DNA of 64,000 nucleotides from the human T2T-CHM13v2.0 reference genome, Homo sapiens, in the NCBI RefSeq assembly GCF_009914755.1, contig NC_060944.1, one strand, 5' to 3'. Shown in pieces: positions 1 to 17,100 of the stretch (the stretch's first letter is position 1; the number at the start of each line of letters is the position of its first letter). The position numbers and the translations under genes are program-made. The notes beneath the pieces were generated by a model that worked only from the letters and a program-made list of their open reading frames with translations, did not search any database and was not told where the DNA came from.

Positions 1-23
1 GTGCCATTAATAATTCATTGAGG

Positions 24-333
<310 letters not shown>

Positions 334-343
334 AATTCATTGA

Positions 344-458
344 GGCTAGGGTGATGGCTTATGCCTGTAATCTCAGCACTTTGGGAGGCCGGAGCAGGAG
401 GATCACCTGAGCCCAGGAATTCAAGACCAGCCTGGGCAACACAGCAAGACCCCGTCTC

Positions 459-505
<47 letters not shown>
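344..505 (+). mobile_element. Old Alu left monomer (FLAM/AluJ-like) with (AAT)n tail
   Basis: Diverged Alu left-arm sequence followed by about 15 AAT units at 459-505. Confidence 0.8.
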
Positions 506-506
<1 letters not shown>

Positions 507-793
507 TAACTGAGACAACAGGCCTAAACCAGGACTGTCCTGGGCAAACTTTCCAGTCACTCTATTGAGTACCAGTCCCTCTAGTAAGAGCACACGTTTA
601 TGGAAAGGAATGCCTGAAGTTGAAAGGTTAGCAGAAGTGTTTACCTGGCTTCTTAGTCTAGCCCCCACGCCCTCCAGAGCCTAACCCCATTTCTTCCTCT
701 CTTGTAAGGATTCTCTGCACCTTCCAGACCACCTCTCACTAGGCTCTTGGGCATTCTCATGTCTGCACCTAGCACTGGGCTTCCCCTCCCTGA

Positions 794-1165
<372 letters not shown>

Positions 1166-1558
1166 CCAGTCCCAGCTTTACTTCTCATCCGGCTTTACTC
1201 TGCATTGCCTCCTGGAACTTGGCCATCCTTCACTGAGCTGAACCTGTGCCTTGGCTGGTCGATGCTCCATAATTATTGAGTATGAAAGGGAGGGACAAGT
1301 GGGCCACTTTGGAAGGCTGGTCCTTGCTTCTTTGCAGGAGTGGTCTCCAGGGGCAGCTGGCCAAGGAGGACAATACAGCACACAGACCAACTAGTATGGA
1401 CGTCTCATGCTCTCTAACAGTGGGGGACATTGTAGCACAGCACAAATCAACATGGCTGCCATCCGAATGCCACCTGATCTCTGGGAGCTTCAACACAAAT
1501 CTTCAGGAAAGATTATTGGAACCAAAGCTTTCTTAAACCACAACTATAAAGAATGTCT

Positions 1559-1870
1559 ATCCAGGAATGGTGGCTCATATTTGTAATCTCAGCTACTTGG
1601 GAGCCTGAGGCCAGAGGATCACTTAAGCCCAGGAGTTTGAGACCAGCCTGACCAACATGGTGAGACCCCATCTCTACAAAAAATTTTTAAATATTAGCTG
1701 GGCATCATGGTGGTGCATGCCTGCAGTTCTAGCTACTCAGGAGGCTGAGGTGGGAGGATCCCTTGAACCTAGGACTTCGAGGCTACAGTGATCTATGATC
1801 ATGCCACTCTGCTCTAGCTTAGGTAACAGAGTGAGACCCCTGTCTCCTTAAAAAAAAAAAAAAGAAAAGA
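1559..1870 (+). mobile_element. AluJ
   Basis: Diverged dimeric Alu with A tail. Confidence 0.85.
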
Positions 1871-2088
1871 GAAGTCTACACCAGCCGTTGTCCAATAAAA
1901 ATATTATGTGAGTAACATAGGTCATTTTAAATGTTCTAGTAGCTATAGTTTAAAACATAAAACAAAAAAGAAGAAAAAATAAAAACCTAAACTATTAATT
2001 TTAATAATATGTTTTATCTAACTCAATATATCCAACATATTTTCATTTTAACATGTAATTGACATTTTTAAATTACTGAGATATATAT

Positions 2089-2583
2089 TTGATATCGTTT
2101 GGATGTCTGTCCCGTCTAAATCTCATGTTGAAATGTAATCCCCAGTGTTGGAAGATGGGGCCTGGTGGCGGGGGGGCATTTTTAAATTTTTAATTAAATT
2201 TTAATTTAATTAAAATTAAATTAATTAACATCTTTAGGAAATATCCCTGAGTAGTATTGTGTTTGGGCCATGAGGGTGGATCCCTCATGGCTTGGTGCTG
2301 TCCTCGAAATAGTGAGTGAGTTCTCATGAGACCTGGCTGTTGAAGAGTGTAGCGTCTCACACCCCACTCTCTCTCTTGCTCCTACTTTGGCTGTGTGACA
2401 TGCCTGCTCCAGCTTCACCTTCCACCATTAATAAAAGCTCCCTGAGGCCTCCTTAGAAGCCTAGCAGATGCCAGCGCCATGCTTGTACAGCCTGCAGAAC
2501 TATGAGCCAATTAAACCTCTTTTCTTTATAAATTACTCAATCTCAGGTATTTATTTATAGCAACACAAGAACGGACTAATACA
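2089..2583 (+). mobile_element. MaLR LTR (MST family) inserted in a hAT-Charlie MER3/MER33-like element (~1881-2718)
   Basis: Starts TGATAT..GTTTGGATG..AAATCTCATGTTGAAATGTAATCCCC and ends ..GGACTAATACA, typical of MST LTRs. The flanks resemble a split MER33/MER3. Confidence 0.75.
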
Positions 2584-2743
2584 ATATTATTTTTTCATCC
2601 TAAGTTTTTGAAGTCTGGTGTGATTTTCTGCTTATGGATCCATTCAGACTGGCTACATTTCAAGTGCCCAGTGCTACATATGGCTAGTGGCTGACTGCTG
2701 TATTGGACAGTACAGATCTAGATGCATTATGTTGCTCAAATCA

Positions 2744-3105
2744 CCTTCCTTTCCTTCCTTCCTTTCCCTCCCTTCCTTCCTTCCTTCCTTCCTTCCTTCT
2801 CTCTCTCTCTCTGTCTTTCTTTCTTTCTTTTGAGACAGAGTATTGCCCTGTCACCCAGGCTGAAGTGCAGTGGTGTGATCTGCAACCTCCACCTCCTGGG
2901 TTCAAGACAGTCTCCTGCCTCAGCCTCCTGAGTAGCTGGGATTACAGGCATATGCCACCACTCCCGGCTAACTTTTGTATTTTTAGTAGAGACGGGGTTT
3001 TGCCATGTTGGCCAGGCTGGTCTCTAACTCCTGACCTCAAGTGATCCGCCTGCCTCAGCCTCCCAAAGTGCTGGGATTACAGGCGTGAGCCACTGCATCT
3101 GGCCT
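2744..3105 (-). mobile_element. AluS with (CCTT)n/(CT)n-expanded tail
   Basis: Pyrimidine microsatellite at 2744-2830, then reverse Alu body. Confidence 0.85.
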
Positions 3106-3490
3106 CAAATCACTTTCATTAGAGTGTGTAGACTTCCTTACTTTTATTGCTATTATAAAGTTTTTTAAAAAAATCCTTGAACTATGTCAGTCTTTAGGAA
3201 ATATCCCCGAGTATTATGTGTGTTGGGACTAGAGAGGAGTTTGGCTACTCATACTTTTAACTTTTGTTGCTTGTGTTTCTCATTCAGAAGTGGTTACCTT
3301 TGTTTCATTCATTTGTTTATTCATTCCACAAATGTACCAAGTTCCTGGGCTCTGGAATTATTAAACATACAGGAAAGAGGTCTATTGTGTATTAAAGGTT
3401 TATTATGCCTATGAAAATAAAACTCATCAAATAAAAACATCCAAATTTTTAAATATACTGGGTATCTACCATGTGCCAGACACTGTGTTA

Positions 3491-3856
<366 letters not shown>

Positions 3857-4196
3857 TTAGGTTTGTTGTTTTTCATTCAAGACCTTTTATGAAAATAGTT
3901 ACAAGGCCACGGTTATCTGTTTTTTCCTTAATCTAAAACTTTGACTGATTGGGTTGTTTAGGTGACAGAGTGATCCAAACTTTTATTACTGATGTAAGTA
4001 TACCCTCAGTAGTGTAGTCCAGGGTTGGGCTGCTGTCATCTACTAACCTGCCCATTAGTGTCAGAAGGTTTGCCTGGGTATTCCCTAGACTATGTCCCCT
4101 GCCTCTGTTGCTCAGGGTGATCTTTGATAAACACCCTAGCCAGCACTGCAACCACCTTTTATTTGCCTGTTCATAATAGCAGAGTCTCCACGTCTA

Positions 4197-4802
<606 letters not shown>

Positions 4803-5014
4803 TCCACTTCTGCTATGATAAAATTGTGTTCCTTGGTAGAAGCATTCCTCCTTAAGTTACTAAGGCTTCTAAACTAGCAGAACACAGAAACCCAAGAAAG
4901 GCAATCAAGCTATGAGTGGGACTTTAGATATTAGCTTTGTAAGAAACGTAAGGCAGGGAAGGGAGATAGCGACAGCCAAGACTCAGGGGAGTGGGAGAAA
5001 TGTAATTTTTAAAA

Positions 5015-6100
<1,086 letters not shown>

Positions 6101-7305
6101 TGAGAAATGCAATTTGAAATAGTGTGCCCAGGAAATGTATGGTAAACTGAATTATTGTTCACCAATATTCTCTGCCTCTCCCTACAGGATATTCTTTCAT
6201 CCTCATCCTTTTGAAATCAGGCTTGGCCATATGACTTCACGTTAGCCAGTGAAATATGAACAGAAGTAATAGAGCTGTCCCAGTCACTGCTGATTTCCCC
6301 ATACTCTTTTTCCTCTGCTATAGTCACTAGGCAATGTTGAGATAGTAGCTGCTCTGTTGGTCTGGGTTCTGGAGTGAGGGTGAGGATGAACAGATCTACT
6401 TGTATATGTGTATACTTGTAGTATGACACAGATCTCTGGGTAATGAGAATTAACCCTTTGCTGTTTCATGCCCTGGATATTTGGGGCTTGCTTGTTAGGC
6501 AGCATAACCTGGCCCATTCTGACTGAGAAGGCCTCACTGATTAACGTCTGAGCAGAGACCTAGAGGACGTGATATGTGGAGCAAGCATGTTCGATGGCAG
6601 AGCAACAGCAAGTGCAAAGATTCTAAAGAGAAGTTTGTTTCAAGGCTCAGGAAAGAAGCCAGATTTATGAAGGAGGCAGTGAAACAGACAGAGTGGTAGG
6701 TGCTAGTCAGACTCTCATGCAGCCCATAGGGCTGGGCTGGAGGTGGGACTGAATCTTGTTCACCCAATGATTCTGTTCCCTCCTCCTTTCCTCCATGGAG
6801 CATGGAATGGGTGGCAGTAGTGAGGGGGTAGAAGAAGGAATGAAGGAGAAAAAAGTGAGGCGTGGAGCAGGAAGATGCAGACTAGCCCAGATCCATGGCC
6901 CATGGCCCCTCATATACTAAAAATGATAGTATCACACATGGAGGCACCTTATCCAGGGCATGGTGAGGCTTCTGAAGTCTGACTTCTGTCATAAGATGAA
7001 TAGTGCATCAAGAGTTGCTGATAAGTGAACATTGATGACCGGAACATCCCCCACTACTCCCTGGTTCACCTTGTCATTTTCATGCCTGTGACTTTAAAAA
7101 AAATTTTCTTTTAATTTTATTTTTTAATTGGAAGAAGCATTTTATATTTGCAGTTCAACTGATAATGCCAACACTTGTTACTGTACAGCACATTACAGGA
7201 TTTGTGGTTGCAAAAAGTTACGTAATTTAAGTTTACTGGTATTGCTACTCACCTAAGTCTAAACTAAATCTTATGTTCCCATTTGCAATTTAATTTGTAA
7301 ATTAA

Positions 7306-7617
<312 letters not shown>

Positions 7618-7881
7618 AAATTAAAATGTTTTAAACATATAAGTCCATTATGAACATTAGTTTAAAAGGGGACCCATGACTATTTTTAGAGCCACACAAG
7701 CCCAGGGAGCCTCCAACAGACCAACCAAGGAAGCGGGGCCTGGGAACTTAGGAGTGTGCCATGCAGGGCCCTGAAAAAGGGACAGCTTCCCATCCAAGCA
7801 GCATAGAAGGAAACCTAATAAGCCACATACTCCTTCTTTCCTTAAATCCTGATACTTTTTCATTTTTAAAAACTTAAGTCT

Positions 7882-8486
<605 letters not shown>

Positions 8487-8900
8487 TCAGCTCTGTAACC
8501 TCCTTGAAACCATACATAGGTCCTCTTAATCAGCAATTGCTAGTAAAAGAAACTCTGGACAATCAAGCAGGGTGGGTGGGTGGCTATTGATTCAGATGCA
8601 TGCAGAAGGCAGAATTCTAAATATCAAATCTATTTAGTAGAAACTTGTTACAGTTGAAGGCAAAAATGTTTCACGGAGATGAAACCCTGCTGTGCATTTA
8701 TGAACCACAGAAATAGCCATGGAAAGTTCTCTGGAAGAATCCCTCATTAGATATCTGGGTTTCTAAAGGCTAATGGCATCTCTTGCAGAACACAACTATT
8801 AATCTCAAGTGCTCCATGCCAGTTGACTGTCTTCTGAATTCAAATAAGCACCTACAACTCCTAAATATATAAAAATATTTTTAGGTGTATAACAATCTCA

Positions 8901-9195
<295 letters not shown>

Positions 9196-11227
9196 GAATC
9201 TGAAGTATCTATATGTTATCTCTTTTCTTGTTGGCAAAGAGAAAATTTAACAATTGGATGCATGCAAAAGCATTGTGATATCAAGCCCTGCCCTCCTCCT
9301 TTTCTTCTTGTAAATTTCTAAAGAAATCCTATTCATGATGGAAAATATATAAAAAGGCAAGTTCCATTCAATTTAAATAATACCAGAATCACTGGGACCA
9401 GGGCCAATGGTTTTCCCCCTCAACCATTGTTGTGGGGTAAAAAAGCCATCTCATGGTCTGAGAAGGGAAAATGTGTAACTCGAATAGGTACCAGCAAGAA
9501 GGGTGCTGTGCAGGGAATGGGGACCAACAGCAAAAGTCTCTTAGGGAGCTCAAGGCAAATCAACATATTACAGTGCAGCGGGAGTCAACATTGAGTTCCC
9601 ACTCCTTTCAAGATCCATCCTTTGACCCAGGGGAGGGGTGAGGGGCAGGGGGACATTATTGGTATTTGGGAGATGGACCATTCTTTGTTTGTCCTGTGCA
9701 CTGTAGAATGTTTACATCCTTGACCCCACTCACTAAATGCAAGTAGCACTTTGCAATCCCTGACACAAAAACATCCCTAGACTCTCCCTGAAGACGTTGC
9801 TATCCCCCTTTGACAGCTCTACAAGGTTGGAATATACCAACAGAGAGAATAAGGTGGGGTTTGAACGTAACTGGGAGGATGCATCACTGAGCACGAACTG
9901 ACTAGTACCATCATTCTTTCCACACATGGACACATCAGGAAAGGAAAAGCAATTAGCTACATTTGCTGGCAAAGAAATGGTGACATCCAAAAGCTACAAC
10001 AGCCTTATGATTAGAGAGGAGGCTTTATAGTTGGTAGTAAAGCAAATTTTAAAAGGAAATCAAAAACTGAAATGGACTGCAGGCAGCATTCAAAATAACT
10101 GACATAGTAAATGACTCAACCCGTATGTCATTGGTCTTCTGAAGGGGAAGGGTTGTTTCTCTGAAGACGACTGGCAGACTGCCTGACATGTGCATGAAAA
10201 GTATAGGAGACAGCTAGCTTTTAGCCTCTTTTGTGGACACTGGATTTCAAAATTTTTAAATTAAATGAAACACAGATGAAAATTTTAAATCCTGCATATC
10301 AAAGCACATTGACAATTTACTTACCAAGTACGTGCCATGTTGCTTGGCGTTTTCTATTGTACGTGGACAGTTTTGAGGGTTCAACTTTCCCAGTGTTGTT
10401 GGTGGGCATCCCCCGCTCTCTCCCACCCACCCCATTGGCCCTTCCCAGCTTCTGTCTTCCAGCCACCACCTCCCAACCCCTACCCAGGACAAGGTCATCT
10501 GCGGGTAAGAAGGTAGGAAGGGACCCTTCATCCTGCCATCACGGGACCCCATTCCCTCTCCTTCTCCCTTCAGCTTTCTAACAGCAGCATCATTTGTTAG
10601 GCAATTACCCAAGCTAAGGCTTCTTATTTGGTTGCTTGATATTAAAGTAGGCCAGCAAAGGAAGTTTTTACATCTATCCCCCCAGAGGTTTGTTTTAATT
10701 TTTTTACAACAATTTTTTAAAACAAAGAGCCCTTTTTTATGAATTATTTGAGATTTGCTCACAAAAAATCAGGCCACCAATCCTGATTTTTCTACAAACA
10801 AGGACATTCTCTTCTAAAACAATAAAATCATCAAAATCAAGAAATTAACAGTGATGCATTACTACCATCTAATCCTCAGACCCCATTCACAGCTCTCCAG
10901 TTGCCCCAGTAATGTGCTTTACAATGAAAAGATGAAGTTTAAAAAAAGTTTTTTTTTGCATTTGGCTGTCATGGCTGTTTTAGCCTCCTTCATTCTGGGA
11001 CAGTAGCTCAGTCCTTCCTTGGTTTTCACAAACCTGGCACTTCTGAAGAGTACAGGCCAAGAACTCCTCTCCTGCTGCTTCTATGCCATCAGAACAAGAA
11101 AGAGACCAGCATCTGTCTCCCTCCCCTTCCACCCATCCTGGAGGCTTCAGTCCAGTGATAGTGTTCTTGGGAAGAACTTGGGTAAAAGCTCTGGGCATAG
11201 CAAGGTCAAGGAAAGTTTCTTTACTAT

Positions 11228-11269
<42 letters not shown>

Positions 11270-12630
11270 CGGGCCTGGGACATAGCTTTAAGCTTTCTGG
11301 AAACTAGTGTAGTGGAAATACCATCCCTGCTATCGAATTTTTTACAAAGCGTGTTCTCTGTTTTGGGTGCCCCCTGGCCATTCTGAGTTCTCTCTCTCCT
11401 TGAGCCTCCAGGCTGGGTCTCAGGCTGCTGAAGAAAGGCCAGTTGGCAGAGGAGGAGAACTGGAACCAGCCAAGGAGACATTTAGTTTCTATTTCTTCTT
11501 GCCACTGGCCTTTTGTTCATCAACTCTGCTTCTCCATTGCGTGGTCCTTTCAGAATAAGATTGCAGGTCACCTCCTCTGAAGAGGGAGCATGCACTCATT
11601 CTGCTACCCTGGCACTGCATGTTTCCACAGAGTCCACAGTGTCCCAGTTAATGTCACTACATCATTTCATATCTATGTACATCCTGTGACTATATTTCAG
11701 TTGTTTAATGTCTGTAACGATGTCTCTTCTTCCTACTTAGATTCCAAGTACCTCAGATGAGGGACATGATCTTCAGCATCCATCTGTCTATCTTCAACAA
11801 CTTGTAATGAGTTGCCTTAATATCAGCTTTCTATAAATAAGTGTTGAATGGATGAATGCTTGTCCATGTGTAGGCCTGCGTGTGACTCAAAGAACACATG
11901 TCCATATTCTTTTAGAATGTGCTGATAACTTCCGGATAATCTATTTCTCTGATCTTTACATTACCATAGACATTCTAGAAGAGAGATTGTTTAGTAAAAC
12001 CCTCATTTTAAAGTTGAGAAAGTTGAAGCCCAGAAAGGTTGTATGACTTGTCCAAGATGTCATTTCCAGCTAGTAGCAAAACTAGGGCCCAAACCAAAAT
12101 CCTACCTCCTTTCCTAAAGCTCCACCCACTGTACCATGCACCTTACTTCAGCATTGGCAAGTACAGATATGTTTATTGTAGCTACTGATTGAGTTCGTAG
12201 GGGCAGGGAAATGTCAAAGCTAGTGATTTATAAAAGCTTATATCAGGGTCAGGCGTGGAGGTCCAAGAGCAGGGTGCCTGCCTGGTCAGCTTCTGGTGAG
12301 GGCTCCTTTCCTGGCTTGTAGACAGCCGCCTTCTCACTGTGTGCTCACATGGCTTTTCCTTAGTGCTTGCAAAGAGAAAGAAAAAAGAGATCTCCTTTTC
12401 TCTTCCTCCTCTTATAAGGATCCTTTCAGATTAGGATTCTACCTATAGACCTCATTTAACTTTAATTACCTCCTAAAAAGCCCTCTCTCCAAATATAGTC
12501 ATGTTGGGGGTTACAGCTTCAACACGTGAATTTTTTGCGGACACAATTCAGTCCATAGCATAGTGATAGCGTAAAAATTTAAAACACCTTCAACATACTA
12601 TAATATGATATGAAAATAGTTGTTGTAGTG

Positions 12631-12970
12631 TGTAGTGGGTCCCCCACCAGGTGACTTAAGAGTGTATGTCTGCTGCTTGAACCCTGAAGGCTGAGCAGTG
12701 AGCCAAGGCCATGGTGCCCAGCTGAGGAGTAGGTGTCCTTGAGAACCCAGACATCCCGGAGAGAATCTGAGAACCTACCAAGGAAAACAGTCCCATCGTG
12801 CACACGCACGGATCTCTAGAGCTATCCTGCTGCCATCCAGGAGTGCCCTGTTATAAGCCCTAATAAACTCAACTACTCATCAAGCTGGACTTGTCCAAGT
12901 TATTCTTTGGTCTTTCAGCACCTTCCCAGTTTGGGGGTGGGTACTACAGTCCCAAGTTTTTCCTGTAACA
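12631..12970 (+). mobile_element. ERVL-class solo LTR (LTR47-like)
   Basis: TG...CA termini, internal AATAAA at ~12862, resemblance to the LTR47 family from memory. Confidence 0.55.
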
Positions 12971-13379
12971 GCTGAGATCTATTGGTGACAAAGTTACAGG
13001 TACTGCTATTAATACTGTGGTTTGCTGCCTACATTCATCATGGGAGGAAATGCTTAATTTCAGGTTGTGGTTAGTGAAAATAAATAAATATATATGTATA
13101 TTTTTTACATCCAAGTTCACAGGCACCCTGAATTTCTATACAGGGACATCGGGCTAAGAATCCTTGGTCCACACAAGTAATATGTTCTCGTTGTGAGCAA
13201 GCAAGTGGCATAACCTCAGGATGGTGAGAACAGATTTTGAAATCAGCTGATATTTCCCATTGCCAGTTACTCAGGAACAGTAAGCATGTTGAACTGAAAA
13301 TAGACATCATCTGCTCTTGGCTTGCTTTCTGATATTTTTGATTGTGTGTTTGAGTATTGGAATACGTTTTGTCTTGCAG

Positions 13380-13819
13380 ACACCAGTAACTTAAATATAG
13401 AACAAAATAACTCCTGGACCGCTGAGAACTTCTGGCTTGACCCTGCTGTGAAAGGCCAGTCAGAGAAGGAAGAGGATGATGGCCTTCGGAAATCCCTGGA
13501 TAGATTCTATGAAATGTTTGGTCATCCACAGCCAGGCTCTGCAAACTCACTCTCTGCATCTGTCTGCAAGTGCCTGTCTCAGAAAATCACTCAACTAAGA
13601 GGCCAGGAGAGCCAAAAGTATGCCCTCCGCAGTTTTCAAATGGCCCGGGTGATCTTCAACCGGGACGGCTGCTCCGTCTTACAGAGGCATTCCAGGGACA
13701 CCCACTTCTACCCACTGGAGGAAGGAAGTACATCTTTGGATGATGAAAAGCCAAACCCAGGACTGTCAAAGGATATTACTCATTTCCTCTTGCAGCAGAA
13801 TGTAATGAAAGACCTGTAA
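13380..13819 (+). CDS. SHLD1: Shieldin complex subunit 1 (C20orf196), last coding exon
   Basis: Acceptor TTTTGTCTTGCAG (AG 13378-13379), phase 1. Encodes (D)TSNLNIEQNNSWTAENFWLDPAVKGQ...LLQQNVMKDL-TAA, which I recognise as the C-terminal 146 aa of the 205-aa SHLD1. The ORF-track start at 13322 is intronic. Confidence 0.96.
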
Positions 13820-13859
13820 CTGGTGCCGGGCAGTGTGCAGGGTAGTAATGGAGGTGCTG

Positions 13860-14312
13860 TGCCATGACCAGCAGTGTTGGTGGCCACCCAGATCCCCTAG
13901 GGTCTCTGGCCAGCTCTGTGTGCCCAATCCCAATTAAGTGCTTTGAGGTTAAAGGCTGGCACCTGTGACCTGGTATTGGAGCCAGTCAGCCCATATGGAG
14001 AGCCAGCAGGGTCTGGGAGTTCTCCGTCCTCTTGGCCAAGGCCGCTGACTGACTGGGCTACGAGTCAAAAGCCCAGCTCCCTTGCCTCAAGGAAGGACAT
14101 TCTCTGAGGAGTAATTTATGCTCTAGCACTCCCTTTCCTCTAGATCGGCCTGAGGCTGGGACATTACATGAAATCACACCCTTGCTGGGCTTAATCCCTT
14201 TCCCTACCCTCCCATTTATTTACTGGTGTCTCTGGGAGCCTTTCCTTAATAAACCTCTTATATCTGAATCCTTGACTCAGAGTCTACTTCTGGGAGAATT
14301 CACCCTGAGAGA
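13860..14312 (+). mobile_element. ERVL LTR16-like element forming the SHLD1 3'UTR
   Basis: CCACCCAGATCCCC near the start; 3' end AATAAACCTCTT..GAATCCTTGACTCAGAGTCTACTTCTGGGAGAA matches the LTR16-family 3' end. Confidence 0.6.
14248..14253 (+). terminator. SHLD1: Probable SHLD1 polyadenylation signal
   Basis: First AATAAA after the stop codon (~430 nt downstream). A second AATAAA lies at 14732-14737. Confidence 0.6.
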
Positions 14313-17100
14313 ACATGCTTCTGTGAGATGAGGTTTTAGAAGGATACAAAGCTCTACACCGAATCAGGTATAAGGAATTATATCAAGTTGTAAAACTGAG
14401 ACCATGTCATTGAGAATACATGTCCTAAAATAATATAAAGATTGAAATACAGTTGAGAAAAGTATATCACATCTTGATCACACCCTTGCCTCCTCTCCAA
14501 AGCTAGAAATCCATGTTTTATCATACTAACTGGGTGTGGAAGGAACATTTGGACAATCTAAAATAACAGCGAAAATTCACAATTCTTTTTAAAATCTCTT
14601 GTCTTTTATCAGATTGCAAACGTGAAAGGTGAGAAGGTAACAAATGTGCACCACCCACCACAGTATATGTAAGCACAATTATGCTACGCTAGGCTGATGC
14701 CACGTGGCCTTGTCAAGTTGTGTTTGAAGAGAATAAATAATCCTTTGCCCAGGTGGGGCCCTACTTTCTCTTGTCTTCTGCCTGCCTGCACCCTCTGTCA
14801 CCTTGTGAACGCTTGGCCCCTCACCCCTGCCCTGTCCTTGCCTCCAACACCCTGAGCTCCATTTGCAAAGGCTTGCCCAGAGCAGGACTTCTTGGCCACC
14901 TTGTCCCTGTCCTCCAGGCATGAGCCCTTCCTCACCAGGGAGCTCTTTAAATAGCCAGTGCAGGTTTGCACTGGCAGATGCTCCGCTCTGCGGGTCGTGT
15001 CCTGAACCCCCATTTGAGACTCAGTTGGTAGAATTACATCACCTGGCACCGGGATCTCAAGCTGCAATTGGAAGCCTCATGCTAATCCCTATCGCAGCAG
15101 TGCTTTCAACAAATTGCATTGGCAGAAAGGGTTATATTGCCTTTGGGTTGGGGGGAACAACAAAAGAAGCTGGCAGCCCTGAGCAACTAGATTTTGAGAC
15201 ACTTGAGGTGAAATTTAATTGGCCTAAGATTCCAAAAGCTTTCCAGAAAGCGGATTATGCAAACGGGTCAGCCTTAAAGTATACATTGAGAGTGAGTGTG
15301 CCATCTCAGGAAGGTATCCCAGGGACTCTTGGATGGAGAGAGAAGCCTTTTAAAGGTTAGGAATGACACACTCACACTCAGGCTTCCAGTGCTGGGGAGA
15401 TTAGGTGTAAGAAACAGTGTTCCAGATTGAAGTGTAGAGGCACCTCCTGGAAGGAGACCCAGATGATAGAAATAGGAAATGAACAGGTCCTTGAGAGACA
15501 CTGGAGAAAACAAGACTTCAGGTTTTCCTCTGACAAGCAATCGTCTGCTTCTTTCTCCATGGGCGTTTCCTATTCAACTGGCCCCCAAATAATCGTGAAG
15601 CCAGGGGGACTTATAATTGAAAACCTGGCAATTAAATTTTAAGGTAGCTAGCTTTATTGTTTTTTTAATGAGAGGCATATTAATAGATGTCCTTGAAGAA
15701 CGCTATCATTTTTAGTATGACTCAGTCACTGCAATGTTTGCGGTTCGTCTCCATGGCTACCCACAGAAGGAAACTGGATTATTTTATGTTGTTTTTAAAA
15801 GGACAAAAAATACGAGTTATTTGAATCTTCATGTTGGAAAGCAGCAGCTTCTATTTGGCAATGAGATTTTAGTGTCAAACATTTCATAACCTTTATTTAA
15901 ATATGTGTGCCAAGAGTGCCCGGTGAGAGGATAGCCCAAAAGTAGAGAGTTTAGAAGTCTCAAAGTCAGAATCACCTCAGGTTTAAAAAGAGTGTGGTGT
16001 GTGTTTACTTGCATCTGAATAAGTGTTTGTGACAGGTCAATACAAGATATTTGATTCCCTGCAAACTCACTGCTTAATTTGATCTCTGTGAGGTTAGGAT
16101 GGCATTTTCCATTTATCTCTGTGAATCTTTAATAAAGGCTAACAGATAAGGATATTGAGGCTTTGGCCTTTGGCATTATTGTCTAATTCTGCCCCACAGA
16201 TAAATTCACCAACATTATACCATCTCATGCATGTTATGACTGGCCTGTGATATCATCTGTGGCTCTTTTCAGGTCTTTGTGAGACATCAGAACTAAGAGC
16301 GCAGAAACATCACAACCCTTAAGAAGAGAACTCCTACCGATGTCTTAAATTCATGTGCTATTACTCATTTCATTAGTCTATTTCTTTGCATAACCTATGT
16401 AAAGGCCCATGTAACAGATCTTATTACCAGTAATTAGCACAAAACAATAGAGCCATGCTTTTTTATTTTAAAATAATTTATTTGAAAAAATAGAGATGGG
16501 ATCTTGCTGTGTTGGCCAGGTTGATCTTGAACTCTTGACCTCAAGCAATCCTCCCACATCAGCCTCCCAAAGTGCTAGGATTACATGTGTGAGCCACTGT
16601 GCCCGGCCAGCTTTTTAAACTTTTTAAAGCTTTTAAAACTTTTTATTGGATAATAATGATTACACAGAAACATACATATATCATACAAGTGAACACCTTG
16701 ATGATTTTCACAAACACCCTGCCTGTGTAGCCAGCATCCTGATCAAGCAACAGATATTACCCACCAGCCCAGGCCCCCTTTTAAGTAGAGAACCGATGAG
16801 AACAGTTTGCTGTGACCAGTGTTTCTCAAACTGCTAGTAGCACAAATAATTTTAGATACTACATGGAAAAACAATGTTTATTTTAATTGGTAATCTATTC
16901 AGTTTAATATGTTAGAAAAATAGAACTACCACATCTAGTCCATGCTTTCAGATGTATTGCATAGGACAAGCCTAATATTAGTATTTGAAATTTAAAACTG
17001 GACTGAATTAATTTAAAAATTAATAATAGTGCAGGTAACATATATGTCCAAATGTATAAAAGTGGTATACCTGAAAATGACTAAGGTTTGGAATTCAGTG

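Noticed and set aside
13322-13379. N-terminal extension of the 165-aa ORF (MLSDIFDCVFEYWNTFCLA)
   Set aside because: Intronic sequence upstream of the SHLD1 acceptor; the start is a TTG, not an ATG.
13071-13559. 162-aa antisense ORF overlapping the SHLD1 exon
   Set aside because: Shadow ORF of a coding exon, with no independent support.
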